DNA of 64,000 nucleotides from Bdellovibrionales bacterium (lineage in GTDB: Bacteria; Bdellovibrionota; Bdellovibrionia; Bdellovibrionales; UBA1609). Shown in pieces: positions 40,267 through 49,766 of the stretch (positions within the stretch are counted from its first letter, which is position 1; every line of letters begins with the position of its first letter). The notes under the pieces were generated by a model that saw nothing but the letters and a program-made list of their open reading frames with translations, was not told the origin of the DNA and made no database searches. The stretch spans positions 64,001-128,000 of the forward strand of contig DAHVQG010000003.1 in assembly GCA_027317865.1 (NCBI GenBank), read 5' to 3'. Position numbers and translations under genes: made by a program.

Positions 40267-41172
40267 TCAAAGAGCGGTGTCAATTTTTGTTAGTGTCTTG
40301 GGTCGCGCAAGACGTGTAGCTCCAAAAGCCGCTAGAAATATGAGAAGCCCGCCCAGCGCCTGCAACAGAGTAATTCTCTCGTTGAGCAGTAAGACCGCAA
40401 AAAGCAGAGCGAAAGGCGACTCCAAAAGAAAGAGCAAACTTGACAGCGATGATGATAGCGTCTTTTGCGCTTTGACTTGTAAAAAAAAGCCGAGCAGTGT
40501 CGAACCGAAAATGAGAGAAAATGTCCCCAAGGCCGCACGCCAGTCGAGTGTGCGAAAATAGCAGTGCGGATAAAATGGAATAAATAAAGCCGCTGCCACT
40601 GCCGCCCATAGACTTTGAAACGCATTGTAAGCCAATGGTGACTCGATCTGTTGGCTTTGACGACCAATCAAAACGATTTGCAATGCAGCGGTAACCGAAC
40701 AAGCCAATGTGAGAACGTCACCGGAATTGAATTGGCCAAGTTGAAGATTGACCATGAGACCTGTTCCGACCAATGCAATAGTCACCCAAACAAAATGAAG
40801 CTGGCGCAATTTGTGCTTGAAAATAAGTAGTTCGATGAGCGGCACAAATACAACATACAATGTTGTGATGAAGCTGCTGTTGGTTGCCGACGTGTATTCA
40901 AGACCCCACGTTTGCAAAAGCAGCGTAATTCCAAGAAATATGCCCGGCCAGAAACTCATACGGAGATAGCGGCGATTCAAAAATGGACGGGTAGACGGTT
41001 GAAAAAATATAATGGCGCTTGTGACGACGAAGCATATTGTGAAGCGGCTGAGAGTCAAAGTGATGGTATCGAAACTATGCTGTGCCCAAATGGTCGCGGT
41101 AAAACCGAATCCCCATATCAGAGTCGCGACCAAAAGTTCTGCGGCGGCGATCCATGTTTTCATTTTGTACAA
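40267..41172 (-). CDS. EamA/DMT family transporter
   Basis: Ten TM helices, IWGFGF, GLEYTSATNSSFIT, LESPFA. Confidence 0.9.
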   Translation of the reverse strand: MYKMKTWIAAAELLVATLIWGFGFTATIWAQHSFDTITLTLSRFTICFVVTSAIIFFQPSTRPFLNRRYLRMSFWPGIFLGITLLLQTWGLEYTSATNSSFITTLYVVFVPLIELLIFKHKLRQLHFVWVTIALVGTGLMVNLQLGQFNSGDVLTLACSVTAALQIVLIGRQSQQIESPLAYNAFQSLWAAVAAALFIPFYPHCYFRTLDWRAALGTFSLIFGSTLLGFFLQVKAQKTLSSSLSSLLFLLESPFALLFAVLLLNERITLLQALGGLLIFLAAFGATRLARPKTLTKIDTAL

Positions 41173-41184
41173 CCGCTCCAGTTT

Positions 41185-42369
41185 TTATGCCGCTAAATCA
41201 TCATCGGCGTTAGGTCGAGAGCGATAATTTTCTTCTGCCAAAACTTTTTCTTTAGGGACAGTAATCCAAAATTCCGTGCCCACGCCGACGGTGCTTTTGA
41301 GCGCGATATCGCCACCCATTGCGCGAATCATGCGCTGACTGATGGGCATGCCGAGGCCCGTACCTTTGGAATGGTTTGCGACCTTGCCGAGAGTCTCAAA
41401 TTCGTTAAAGACTTTTGCTTGGTCGCCTTCGGCAATTCCAGGACCGGTGTCTTTGACATGCAGTTCAACCGTAGACGGAGTATTGACGAAGAATATGTCG
41501 ACTTTGCCGCCGGAGCGATTGTATTTGATGGCATTGTTAATAATATTCGCAACTATTTGGCGCATGCGGAGTTCGTCAAAATAGCAGCCGGTTTCATAAT
41601 CAGGTTGGTTCAAAAAAAGTTGCACGTGCGCCGCTTCAGCCATTGGTTTCAGGCTTTCGATTTCATTTTTTGTCAACGCAGCAAGTTCATGTTGTTCGAC
41701 GTAATAATCCATACGGTTAGCTTGAATTTTAGCAAAATCGAGAATGTCATTGACGAGTTCGAGCATGTGTTGACCTTGCGTATAGATCATTTCGACAAAT
41801 TCGTCATGCTGTTCGGGAGTGTCAAATAATTTTAACTTTAAAATTTCAGCCGAAGCGACAACCGCCGAAAGTGGCGTGCGCAATTCGTGCGTGGTCATCG
41901 CAATGAATCGGTTCTTTGCCAAATCGAGATCTTTGAGTTGTTTATTTTGCCGCAAAAGTTCTTGATACGCATTGTGAATGACCGTCTGCTTTTCGGTGAT
42001 TTCGCGCTGCAATTTCTTTTGTAAAGTTACATCTTGAACCATTAACAGAAGGAGCGTTTGGTTGTCAGTTTGCACTTGTTTAATGCCAAGGGTGGCAAAA
42101 AAGTTAATATTGCTCAGTTTTTTTATTACGACTTCTTGAAAAAATCCCTGCAGTTCGAGAATTTCAGCATTGAGATATTTGACGCGTGAATCGCCTTTAT
42201 TGGCCGGAAAAATCTGAGAAAGTTGAACTTTCGAAATGTCGGCGCCAAATGGGAATTCCAACAAATCCCGTGCGCGCTGATTGGCATACACGAAATGGCC
42301 ATCCGGGTTTGCCACTAATATCGCCATTGTTGCTTCGTCGGAAATCACTCGGTATAGGTCGTTTTTCAT
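41185..42369 (-). CDS. Cytoplasmic PAS-domain histidine kinase
   Basis: PAS-like N-terminus, THELRTPL, NAIKY, DTGPGI, GTGLG. Confidence 0.92.
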   Translation of the reverse strand: MKNDLYRVISDEATMAILVANPDGHFVYANQRARDLLEFPFGADISKVQLSQIFPANKGDSRVKYLNAEILELQGFFQEVVIKKLSNINFFATLGIKQVQTDNQTLLLLMVQDVTLQKKLQREITEKQTVIHNAYQELLRQNKQLKDLDLAKNRFIAMTTHELRTPLSAVVASAEILKLKLFDTPEQHDEFVEMIYTQGQHMLELVNDILDFAKIQANRMDYYVEQHELAALTKNEIESLKPMAEAAHVQLFLNQPDYETGCYFDELRMRQIVANIINNAIKYNRSGGKVDIFFVNTPSTVELHVKDTGPGIAEGDQAKVFNEFETLGKVANHSKGTGLGMPISQRMIRAMGGDIALKSTVGVGTEFWITVPKEKVLAEENYRSRPNADDDLAA

Positions 42370-43280
42370 GCAACTTTCTTGCCTTCGCTGCGCGACGTGC
42401 CGCCGATCATTTTGATAAATTCGGATCCCTGTTCTAACCCGGTTTTTATGTTTTTTATTATGGCGGGCATTTCGGCTTCAGGGTGAATATGCAAGCGATC
42501 GAGAAGTTCGTTTGGTACGCCTAAAACAGCTTGATGCCCGCTATTGCCGAATTTAAAGGCATGAATGAGCAAGTTGGCGAGGGTCACGATGTCGACCGTT
42601 TGGTTGAGATCCGAAGAAAGTCCCGCACGACGTTCGAGTGAAAATTCGTGATGAAAGCGAATCGAGGCTTGCAATGACTTTGGGAGGGTCCAGCGTTCAG
42701 CTAACATTTGACCGATTTCTGTGTGCGGACTTACGTGAGCTTCAATTTCGACGTCGTAAAATGATTTTTTACCCTCAATTGCCTGCGCGGTAATGTTGCA
42801 CAGTGCTTCAGGGGCCGCAAGATAAAGAGCGACTTTACCCATGTCATGAACCAGCCCACACGTAAACAAATCCGCAGGGGCGGGGTGATTGAGGTGCTTC
42901 GCGATGGTTTCAGTGGCTATCGCGACGGCGATGGAGTGCTTCCAAAATTCTGTGATGTCAAAAATTTGGCAGCTTTGAGCGTCGAGCGCTTCGATAATTG
43001 AAGCCGACAGCACGAGTTGGTGAATCGTATCGAAGCCGATAAATGCGATGGCGCGGTCGAGGCTCGATACCCCACCGGGGATGGCGTAGTACGCGGAGTT
43101 CGCCAATTTCAGAACTTTTGTTGTCATGCCAATATCTTGTGACATGATCGTTTCAACTTCTTTGGTCGACGACATCGGGTCATTAATGACTCGGCTTAAT
43201 TCATAGACGATGGACGGTAACGACGGGAGCTCATCAAGTTTTTTTGCGAGAGCAACGGTGTTGAACGCAATTGAATCCAT
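42366..43280 (-). CDS. HDOD-domain protein
   Basis: LPSLP, LKLANSAYY, FWKHS, GLVHDMGK, RFHH. Confidence 0.92.
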   Translation of the reverse strand: MDSIAFNTVALAKKLDELPSLPSIVYELSRVINDPMSSTKEVETIMSQDIGMTTKVLKLANSAYYAIPGGVSSLDRAIAFIGFDTIHQLVLSASIIEALDAQSCQIFDITEFWKHSIAVAIATETIAKHLNHPAPADLFTCGLVHDMGKVALYLAAPEALCNITAQAIEGKKSFYDVEIEAHVSPHTEIGQMLAERWTLPKSLQASIRFHHEFSLERRAGLSSDLNQTVDIVTLANLLIHAFKFGNSGHQAVLGVPNELLDRLHIHPEAEMPAIIKNIKTGLEQGSEFIKMIGGTSRSEGKKVA

Positions 43281-43293
43281 GGTTGCCTTTTAC

Positions 43294-43749
43294 TTAAGCC
43301 GCAACTTTTGGGAATAATCTTTGCGGGAACAGTGACTTCAGCTTAGTCATCACCTTTTCGTAGGTCACGGGTTTTAAAATGTAACCGTTTACGTTCAACG
43401 TTTTGGCGGTGAGAATCTGATCGCGGTCCGAAATGGCAGAAATAAAAACAAACGGAAGAGCTTTAAAACTTTCGTGCTCGCGCACCTTTTTCAAAAGGGT
43501 GAGCCCGTCCATTTCAGGCATCATCATATCCGAAAGAATCGCCACTACGTTCTTGGTTTCGGGGTCATTGAGTTTTTCCCATGCCTCGACGCCGTTGTTA
43601 CCGGCGACAACGTTGTAACCCATCTTGACGAGCAGATGCTGCAATATTTTTTGGTTGGGGATTGAATCCTCGGCAATAAGAATCGTTTCTTTATTGTCTT
43701 TTGCCGCTTCTGTTGCGTTTGGTTTTTCTGTGTTGTTTGATTCTTCCAT
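43294..43749 (-). CDS. Single-domain (CheY-like) response regulator
   Basis: LIAEDS, SDMMMPEMDG, FISA, YILKP. Confidence 0.92.
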   Translation of the reverse strand: MEESNNTEKPNATEAAKDNKETILIAEDSIPNQKILQHLLVKMGYNVVAGNNGVEAWEKLNDPETKNVVAILSDMMMPEMDGLTLLKKVREHESFKALPFVFISAISDRDQILTAKTLNVNGYILKPVTYEKVMTKLKSLFPQRLFPKVAA

Positions 43750-43757
43750 CAGATGAC

Positions 43758-43784
43758 GTATCGGTGCGGATTGGTATCGCCTTA
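43758..43784 (-). promoter_or_regulatory. Sigma28 (FliA)-type promoter
   Basis: TAAG-N15-ACCGATAC, 8 nt before ATG 43749. Confidence 0.65.
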
Positions 43785-43802
43785 AGGCACTTCGATTATG
43801 AC

Positions 43803-44552
43803 TTAGGCCGAGTCATGTATGAACGTTGTCGGAGGCAAATTCCATTCGGTCAGGATGGATGCTTCATCTTCTAGCTTGAGCGCTTTTTTGAATTTTGCTC
43901 CCGATTGTCCTTTTACTCGACGTTCACACGACGTCCAGTCGCGATGGCGCCAAACCTCGCCGTGAACCAGACTCAGGTAAGAGTAGGGTTTTGTCTTTTC
44001 AACTTTTGGTTTCAGTTCAGGTAATGACGTGTCTTCGGGTACGTCGTAAATTGCAACGGGATATTTGAGCAATGGGCCACTGTAAAGATCAATCCATTTG
44101 TGCTTGCTGAAAGCGACCGCAATTTCGTCGCAACGTTCGTTACCGGGCGTGCCTTGGTGCCCGCGTGCATAATGCCAATTTACGCGATTTTTCGAACCGC
44201 GATCCGAAATGAGCTGCGACAGAATCTCCCATAAATCGCGATTGAGAACGTCGGCGCCTTCGGAGTTTTTCCAACCGCGTTTGCGCCAACCCCATATCCA
44301 TTGAGTGATGCCGCGAATGACATAGGTCGAATCCGAATAAAAATCGATTTCACCCGGTTGATCGGCAATGAACCGGAGGGCCATGATCGCAGCGGTGATT
44401 TCCATGCGGTTGTTGGTTGTCGGGTCATCGCCGCCGCCCAGTTCACGTACTGCTCCTTCAGGAGTCACAATAATGGCACCCCAGCCGCCGGGGCCCGGAT
44501 TTCCGGTGCAGGCGCCGTCTGAAAATGCAAGTAAACGTGAAAATTGCGACAT
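43803..44552 (-). CDS. rnhA: Ribonuclease HI with C-terminal viroplasmin/hybrid-binding-like domain
   Basis: DGACTGNPGPGGWG, TNNRME, SDSTY, GHQGTPGNERCD; tail WTSCERRVKGQSGAKFKK. Confidence 0.92.
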   Translation of the reverse strand: MSQFSRLLAFSDGACTGNPGPGGWGAIIVTPEGAVRELGGGDDPTTNNRMEITAAIMALRFIADQPGEIDFYSDSTYVIRGITQWIWGWRKRGWKNSEGADVLNRDLWEILSQLISDRGSKNRVNWHYARGHQGTPGNERCDEIAVAFSKHKWIDLYSGPLLKYPVAIYDVPEDTSLPELKPKVEKTKPYSYLSLVHGEVWRHRDWTSCERRVKGQSGAKFKKALKLEDEASILTEWNLPPTTFIHDSA

Positions 44553-44598
44553 AATTTTGTTATCGCTGAAAATCTGCGGTTCGTAAAGCGCGATGAGA

Positions 44599-45495
44599 TT
44601 AGTTCAACAATTCGACTTTGTAGGCGCGGTAATCAGTGGTGTAGCCTCGGACGATATTTTCAGGTCCGGCAAGGGGTCGCATCAGTACGTAATAGTAGAG
44701 CCGTACGTATCGGCCTGTTGCCATCGTCTCAATAATAAAGTTAAACAGTGCGCGATCGGGAACTGCAATCTCGTTATATATGCCACCGCCGACACCTTGT
44801 TGCATCACAATTTCTCGGGCTTTTCGGATGACGTTATTAACCGAAGCTTTAACGACGCGGCCGACGTAATAGCCGGTCACAAGCCGAGGAATGCGGGCAA
44901 CAAGTGGAATCGGAGCAGTAAACGACGCACGACGCGGCAACAGTGTTGGGTCGACTAAATAAACTTTTTCTAAATAGTTGTCAGACAAAGTAAACGGAAT
45001 ATAGAAATACGATCTATAGTAAAGAACGACTTCCGAATCGCCGATGGATGCGAGTTGATTCAATAAATATTCATTTTCGCTGCTAAACGGCCAGGGGTTG
45101 ACCGTGACCGTGCACCGGCGCTCGGCATTTTGCAGTTCTACAGGATAATTGGGCCCGGACTTTAATTTACTTTTGGCGTCGTCAATACAATACTGTTCAA
45201 CATATCCCCCGGCTGTGCTGGCTTGGCCGACTTTTACCGAACCTTCTAGAGTTTGAATAATTCGACCGTTTCTGTGCACGCCGATCAACGTGCCAAGAAC
45301 GTAACCGGCCGAGTATTGCATCGGATCGAACGACCACCCGATTACGTGCAAATGCCGAGCGTCGCCGATAATTGTAGAACTATGAACAGTAGTTGAAGGC
45401 GTGGTGTCGGCCGCCAGGCACACGCCAGCTGTTAGAAAAAATGCGCTCAGCACCCCTATCAATATTGTAAGACCAGCGAGCGATGACCGTTTCAT
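44599..45495 (-). CDS. Exported protein with two tandem copies of an uncharacterised beta domain
   Basis: Signal peptide from MKRSS; YSAGYVLG...VVLYY and VTGYYVG...VRLYY repeats. Confidence 0.7.
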   Translation of the reverse strand: MKRSSLAGLTILIGVLSAFFLTAGVCLAADTTPSTTVHSSTIIGDARHLHVIGWSFDPMQYSAGYVLGTLIGVHRNGRIIQTLEGSVKVGQASTAGGYVEQYCIDDAKSKLKSGPNYPVELQNAERRCTVTVNPWPFSSENEYLLNQLASIGDSEVVLYYRSYFYIPFTLSDNYLEKVYLVDPTLLPRRASFTAPIPLVARIPRLVTGYYVGRVVKASVNNVIRKAREIVMQQGVGGGIYNEIAVPDRALFNFIIETMATGRYVRLYYYVLMRPLAGPENIVRGYTTDYRAYKVELLN

Positions 45496-45632
45496 ACGGT
45501 AGCATGTAACAATAAAATCAGCGCATCGGTCAACGAGGCGAGTTTCCACATGCCGAGGCATTTACGAACATAACTGTACAGTAATCTCTAACAGTATCCA
45601 CTTTCTCTAAGAGTTCACTTTCGATGAATGAA

Positions 45633-45648
45633 TGGCATGACCGTTGCA
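45633..45648 (+). promoter_or_regulatory. Sigma54-type promoter of the four-gene operon
   Basis: TGGCATGACCGTTGCA, close match to TGGCAC-N5-TTGCA. Confidence 0.7.
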
Positions 45649-45729
45649 AAGAATGCTTCTCTGTTATGTAAAAAAAAATTTTAACAGTGCGCTCGGCAAA
45701 AAAAGTAACCAGAGCGGAGGAGAAAAATT

Positions 45730-47475
45730 ATGAAGAGCGAACGAATTCACAGACGAATGTTACCGACTGTCGTCGGCAGCATTTTGATTTGTTTATGCGG
45801 ATGTGCCCCACGGCACTCGCATTCGTCAAAAAGAAATGGGCCGGCTGCAGTAGCAAATAAAAATCATGCTACAGGATCGAAGGGGCCGAACTCCCGTGCT
45901 GGATCTTCCGCATTTTCAGGAGTTTCGCCAGCGGCCGCGCACACAAGTCGTAATGGCGGCTTAATCTCTGCTGCGGCTATCGGCGCTTCCAATGTAAATA
46001 ATTTAGGTGATGTCCCAAACGACGTCCCGCCAGCTACCGCAATCAACACCGAAGGCGGAAGGCTCCTCGTTGGATACTTAAAGGGTACGTTCTCTGGAGA
46101 GTCCGTCGTTGACGCTGTTTTTGACACTGAGAAACTCGTACCATATCGGCTAGCTGAGATTTCGGCCGCGATTTTAAAATTGCGTAGCGCCGGCCAGTTC
46201 ACGGCTCAAGACGAAGACAAAGTACAAATGCTTGAGACCGCTTTGAACAAGCGGCTGATCGGTACAATTGAGTATCACGACACTCTCGACCGTTGGATTA
46301 AATATTCAGTGGCAGCGGCGATTTCGATTCCGGCGACAATATATGCGCCAGAAATTATAGGAGCAGGCAAAGGTCTGCTTGAGTCGCCAGTTATTACCGC
46401 CCCTAAATCGTGGATCGTCCGGGCTTATGAAGGAACGTTGGCCCTTTTTAGGCGATTTGGTCGTAGCAAAGGTGCCGAAGCGGCTGGTGAAGCGGCCGCA
46501 GGAGAGGTTGCCACAGAGGCTACTGCGGTGGCTGAACAAAGAGCGGCCGAACAAGCGGCGGCAGAAGGTTTAAAACCCGGTGAGGTCAGGGAAGATCTTT
46601 CCGGCACAGTCGGCGAAGGCGGCCCAACCGAAGAAGAATTTCCGACGGTGGCTGGCGCTAAGACGGAAAGCGCAGCACAAGCTGGCCAAGCAGCTGAACC
46701 GGCTGCACAAGAAGAAGCTGCTGCAGAGAGTGAGTCTGCTGCTGCGGCAAAAAGTGAAAAACCGGGTCTTTATGCCCGAATTGTGGGTTCATATAAAACA
46801 AGATTTGGCCGCGTAACACCTGAACAAGTTGTGATCCGCGATATCAATCGCGCATTGAGTTCACCCGAATTAGCTCGCGGCTTTGAGGTCACAGCTATAC
46901 CTGAAGAACAACTCGATCAGGCAAAAGCTCTTACGTTTAGCCGTACGGGTATCCCTGGTTTTGCCATGAATCAAGGCGAAGGGAGCCGATTCCTAACCGT
47001 TCGAGTCGCAACCGGTGCCGGCTATAAATACTTTTACGTCAATGGCCGTGCAATTGAAATCTTAACCGAAAGTGGTGAGAAGCAGATTGTGCGTGGCCCT
47101 ACCATCATAAAAATTGCAGCTGACCGAATGAAAGGTTGGAGAGACGACACGGCCGGATTCTTCTCACGAGTCGGCGGCAGAACAAAGAATTTGGCTCTGC
47201 AAGCTAAAGACGCGGCCTTTAATAACCGTGTTTCTCAGTGGCTCTTGAGTCAAAGAGGCAAGCAGATCATTCAGCAATCCGTTGTTGGTGGTGCCACAGG
47301 TATGTTGACTCTGTGGGCTTTAAGTCCAATCAACACGCGCTATTTGACGGTTAATGAATATCTTCGGGCACTTTCTAAAGAAGGAATAAATTTAAATGAC
47401 TTCCCAGATGAATTGCGGACAGAGCTGCAGCAAGAGGCCAAAGTCCCGAATAAAGTGGCTCTGCCAACACACTAA
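45730..47475 (+). CDS. Hypothetical lipoprotein with Ala/Glu low-complexity linker and two hydrophobic segments
   Basis: GGAGGAG RBS, lipobox LCGC, YSVAAAISIPATIYA and VVGGATGMLTLWAL segments. Confidence 0.8.
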   Translation: MKSERIHRRMLPTVVGSILICLCGCAPRHSHSSKRNGPAAVANKNHATGSKGPNSRAGSSAFSGVSPAAAHTSRNGGLISAAAIGASNVNNLGDVPNDVPPATAINTEGGRLLVGYLKGTFSGESVVDAVFDTEKLVPYRLAEISAAILKLRSAGQFTAQDEDKVQMLETALNKRLIGTIEYHDTLDRWIKYSVAAAISIPATIYAPEIIGAGKGLLESPVITAPKSWIVRAYEGTLALFRRFGRSKGAEAAGEAAAGEVATEATAVAEQRAAEQAAAEGLKPGEVREDLSGTVGEGGPTEEEFPTVAGAKTESAAQAGQAAEPAAQEEAAAESESAAAAKSEKPGLYARIVGSYKTRFGRVTPEQVVIRDINRALSSPELARGFEVTAIPEEQLDQAKALTFSRTGIPGFAMNQGEGSRFLTVRVATGAGYKYFYVNGRAIEILTESGEKQIVRGPTIIKIAADRMKGWRDDTAGFFSRVGGRTKNLALQAKDAAFNNRVSQWLLSQRGKQIIQQSVVGGATGMLTLWALSPINTRYLTVNEYLRALSKEGINLNDFPDELRTELQQEAKVPNKVALPTH

Positions 47476-47494
47476 GCGAGGAGTCACGATACTT

Positions 47495-48574
47495 ATGGCG
47501 CTGGTGCTAGGAACACAAATCGCGTACGCGGGAGAGGCTGGAGAAATGCAAACGGATCGGCAAATTCAGATTCTCGAAACCTACGTAAATATCCGCGATG
47601 GTGTCGCACCAGCCGATAATGTCGTCCCCATGCTTCGCGCATTCAATCGATATCGAACTTCGTTCGCGAACTTCGAAAACGATGCGGTCGAATGGAGTTC
47701 AACGGCGAATTGCACCCGATATAAAAATCTCTACGATAAAATTGGCCAAGAGTTAGTGCAGTATTACGGATTGCTCCTCAATTCAAAAACTCTTGCGCCC
47801 GCGACACGAGAAAATGTGGAGGGTCGCCTTTACACACTTAAATTGTTTGAAATGGCGCTTTTCAGTTTAGCCGTGACAGGCAAAGAGGGCGGAATTTCGA
47901 TGATTGATCCGCTCGAAAAACATTATTGTGTGGTGAAAGGTCGAAAACAATGGTTAAGCGCCATGTCTCGCGCCCACCAAGACCTGCAAAGATTGCATGA
48001 AACCGTATTTGGTTATCGCAGCGCTATGGATTTTCGTAACGCATCCGATATCGTACAGCGGTTAAACGCAAAAATTGAACACCGCGGCCGCATTGAGAGA
48101 TACGCATATAATATTGCGGAATTCGGCCTGTCGATTTTAGTCTGGTTCAAAGGCGTGGCGCCGCTGCTCAGGCGCGCGCGTACTTCGATCGAATCGCCGC
48201 CACTTCGTGCGGCCACTACAATTGCCGCCGGTATTGCTTATACCCTGGCCTTTATGAAGCTCGATCAAGAGGCATATGCTCATTTCTCTTTTTTGCAGCC
48301 GAAACCGTCGCTGAAAGAAATGAGCCTTTTGCGGTGGAACGACCTGATGTCCAGAGGCGAAGAAGTGGTGAATTCGAAACTTGAGTCGACACCGCTTTAC
48401 TTTGCCTACCTGAAACTGACTGCCCTATTGGATCGAGAAACGGCATACAACTTTTTGCTCGAGCATCAAGAATTTTTGTCTGAGATGGAGACTCAATACG
48501 GCTCCATCAATGCGGCTCTGAATCATTTAAAGGAGGAACGTGAAAATGAGACGAACAATAAACGGGCAGGATAG
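47495..48574 (+). CDS. Exported helical protein with hydrophobic hairpin
   Basis: GAGGAG RBS, short signal (AYA-G), FGLSILVWF and TIAAGIAYTLAF segments; start uncertain. Confidence 0.75.
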   Translation: MALVLGTQIAYAGEAGEMQTDRQIQILETYVNIRDGVAPADNVVPMLRAFNRYRTSFANFENDAVEWSSTANCTRYKNLYDKIGQELVQYYGLLLNSKTLAPATRENVEGRLYTLKLFEMALFSLAVTGKEGGISMIDPLEKHYCVVKGRKQWLSAMSRAHQDLQRLHETVFGYRSAMDFRNASDIVQRLNAKIEHRGRIERYAYNIAEFGLSILVWFKGVAPLLRRARTSIESPPLRAATTIAAGIAYTLAFMKLDQEAYAHFSFLQPKPSLKEMSLLRWNDLMSRGEEVVNSKLESTPLYFAYLKLTALLDRETAYNFLLEHQEFLSEMETQYGSINAALNHLKEERENETNNKRAG

Positions 48575-49748
48575 AAAATGGTATCTTGCCGAAATCTTAG
48601 CGGCCGTAGCTGTAACCTGCGGTCTTGGCGCCGGGGCCACTGCGAAACCGGCAACACCTGTATTGGGTCCCGTTGAAGTACAGGAAGAAGTCGGACAGCG
48701 AGTTCAACAGCTCACACACGGGAATAAAGAATATGCCAAAGAGTTGGAGTACCGAATTCAGGATACCTTCGGCGTAACGGCCACGTGTCCGGATGAATTT
48801 TTCTCGACTCAGGCGAGAAATCTGGATTGCGTGCAAGGCTTGCAGAATCTTGAAATCGCGCTAACAAAATTGAGCCCCAATGCGCAAAGACTTACGCGTG
48901 AAATCGAGGTGAAAATCGGCGATGCGGGCGATTGGGGCGGGCTCACTTATACCGATCAAGAACTTGTCGTGCCCTTTCATGCCGATCCTAACGTAATGGC
49001 TGAGTTTATCGCAAAAGAGGTGAATCTTTTAAATAATGTTAGTTTCGATCAGGTGAGACAAGAGAACAACGTAATGGCCCGGAACATAGAGAGAAAATAT
49101 TTTATTCTCGTTAGTCCGGCTCCCGATCTCCAGCCGATCGTGTATCATGACGGTCTTGAACGGTTGAATTTTGCTTTGGCCACTTTGTTTGTCAAAGTGA
49201 AACCCAGTCCCGAACAAGCCGCTAAACTTGGATTCGACCGGGTGATACTCGGCAACGAAGATCGCGGCCTGTATCAAAACGATGGTGAACTGCGGATTAA
49301 TCTCGATGCGACGGATAGTCCAGTCGATATGCAAATTCGTTTAATTAGCCAAATTCGCCGACCGGTAAAACATTGGTATGAGCACTTCAATTGGAACCAC
49401 CTAGGCACTTATACTTGGGCACAAGTCAGCGAATTTCGTCTGGCCAGAGAGCGCGCTCGGCAAGCTCTTGAGTGGTTGGATGAAAACGTACCGGAACTGC
49501 ATGTGACCTGTAACTTGAATAATAAAGCCCATAACTCCATCGATATGACTGAATGTGAGCAAGGCGTAACCACGATTGCAAGGGCATTTAAGCGTTATCA
49601 TTTACAAGATAAAACCGTGCCGTTTCAAAATTTGATTGTCGGTTCGCTTTGGATTAGCTCCGCTGTCCCGCAGAGATATCGCAATGCTGTATTGATGGAT
49701 CATGCGGCAAGTGAAAAAACAGTTTATAAACTCATCACTCAGAAGTGA
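48546..49748 (+). CDS. Exported protein with three internal ~100 aa repeats
   Basis: AGGAGG RBS, signal (ATA-K), repeats CVQGLQNL / YHDGLERL / CEQGVTTI. Confidence 0.78.
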   Translation: MRRTINGQDRKWYLAEILAAVAVTCGLGAGATAKPATPVLGPVEVQEEVGQRVQQLTHGNKEYAKELEYRIQDTFGVTATCPDEFFSTQARNLDCVQGLQNLEIALTKLSPNAQRLTREIEVKIGDAGDWGGLTYTDQELVVPFHADPNVMAEFIAKEVNLLNNVSFDQVRQENNVMARNIERKYFILVSPAPDLQPIVYHDGLERLNFALATLFVKVKPSPEQAAKLGFDRVILGNEDRGLYQNDGELRINLDATDSPVDMQIRLISQIRRPVKHWYEHFNWNHLGTYTWAQVSEFRLARERARQALEWLDENVPELHVTCNLNNKAHNSIDMTECEQGVTTIARAFKRYHLQDKTVPFQNLIVGSLWISSAVPQRYRNAVLMDHAASEKTVYKLITQK

Positions 49749-49766
49749 AAATGATAAGAAGTGACG

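Noticed and set aside
46470-46752. GCN/GAA-rich tract as a DNA tandem repeat or CRISPR
   Set aside because: No fixed repeat unit or spacers; explained by Ala/Glu low-complexity coding. No CRISPR array was seen anywhere in the window.
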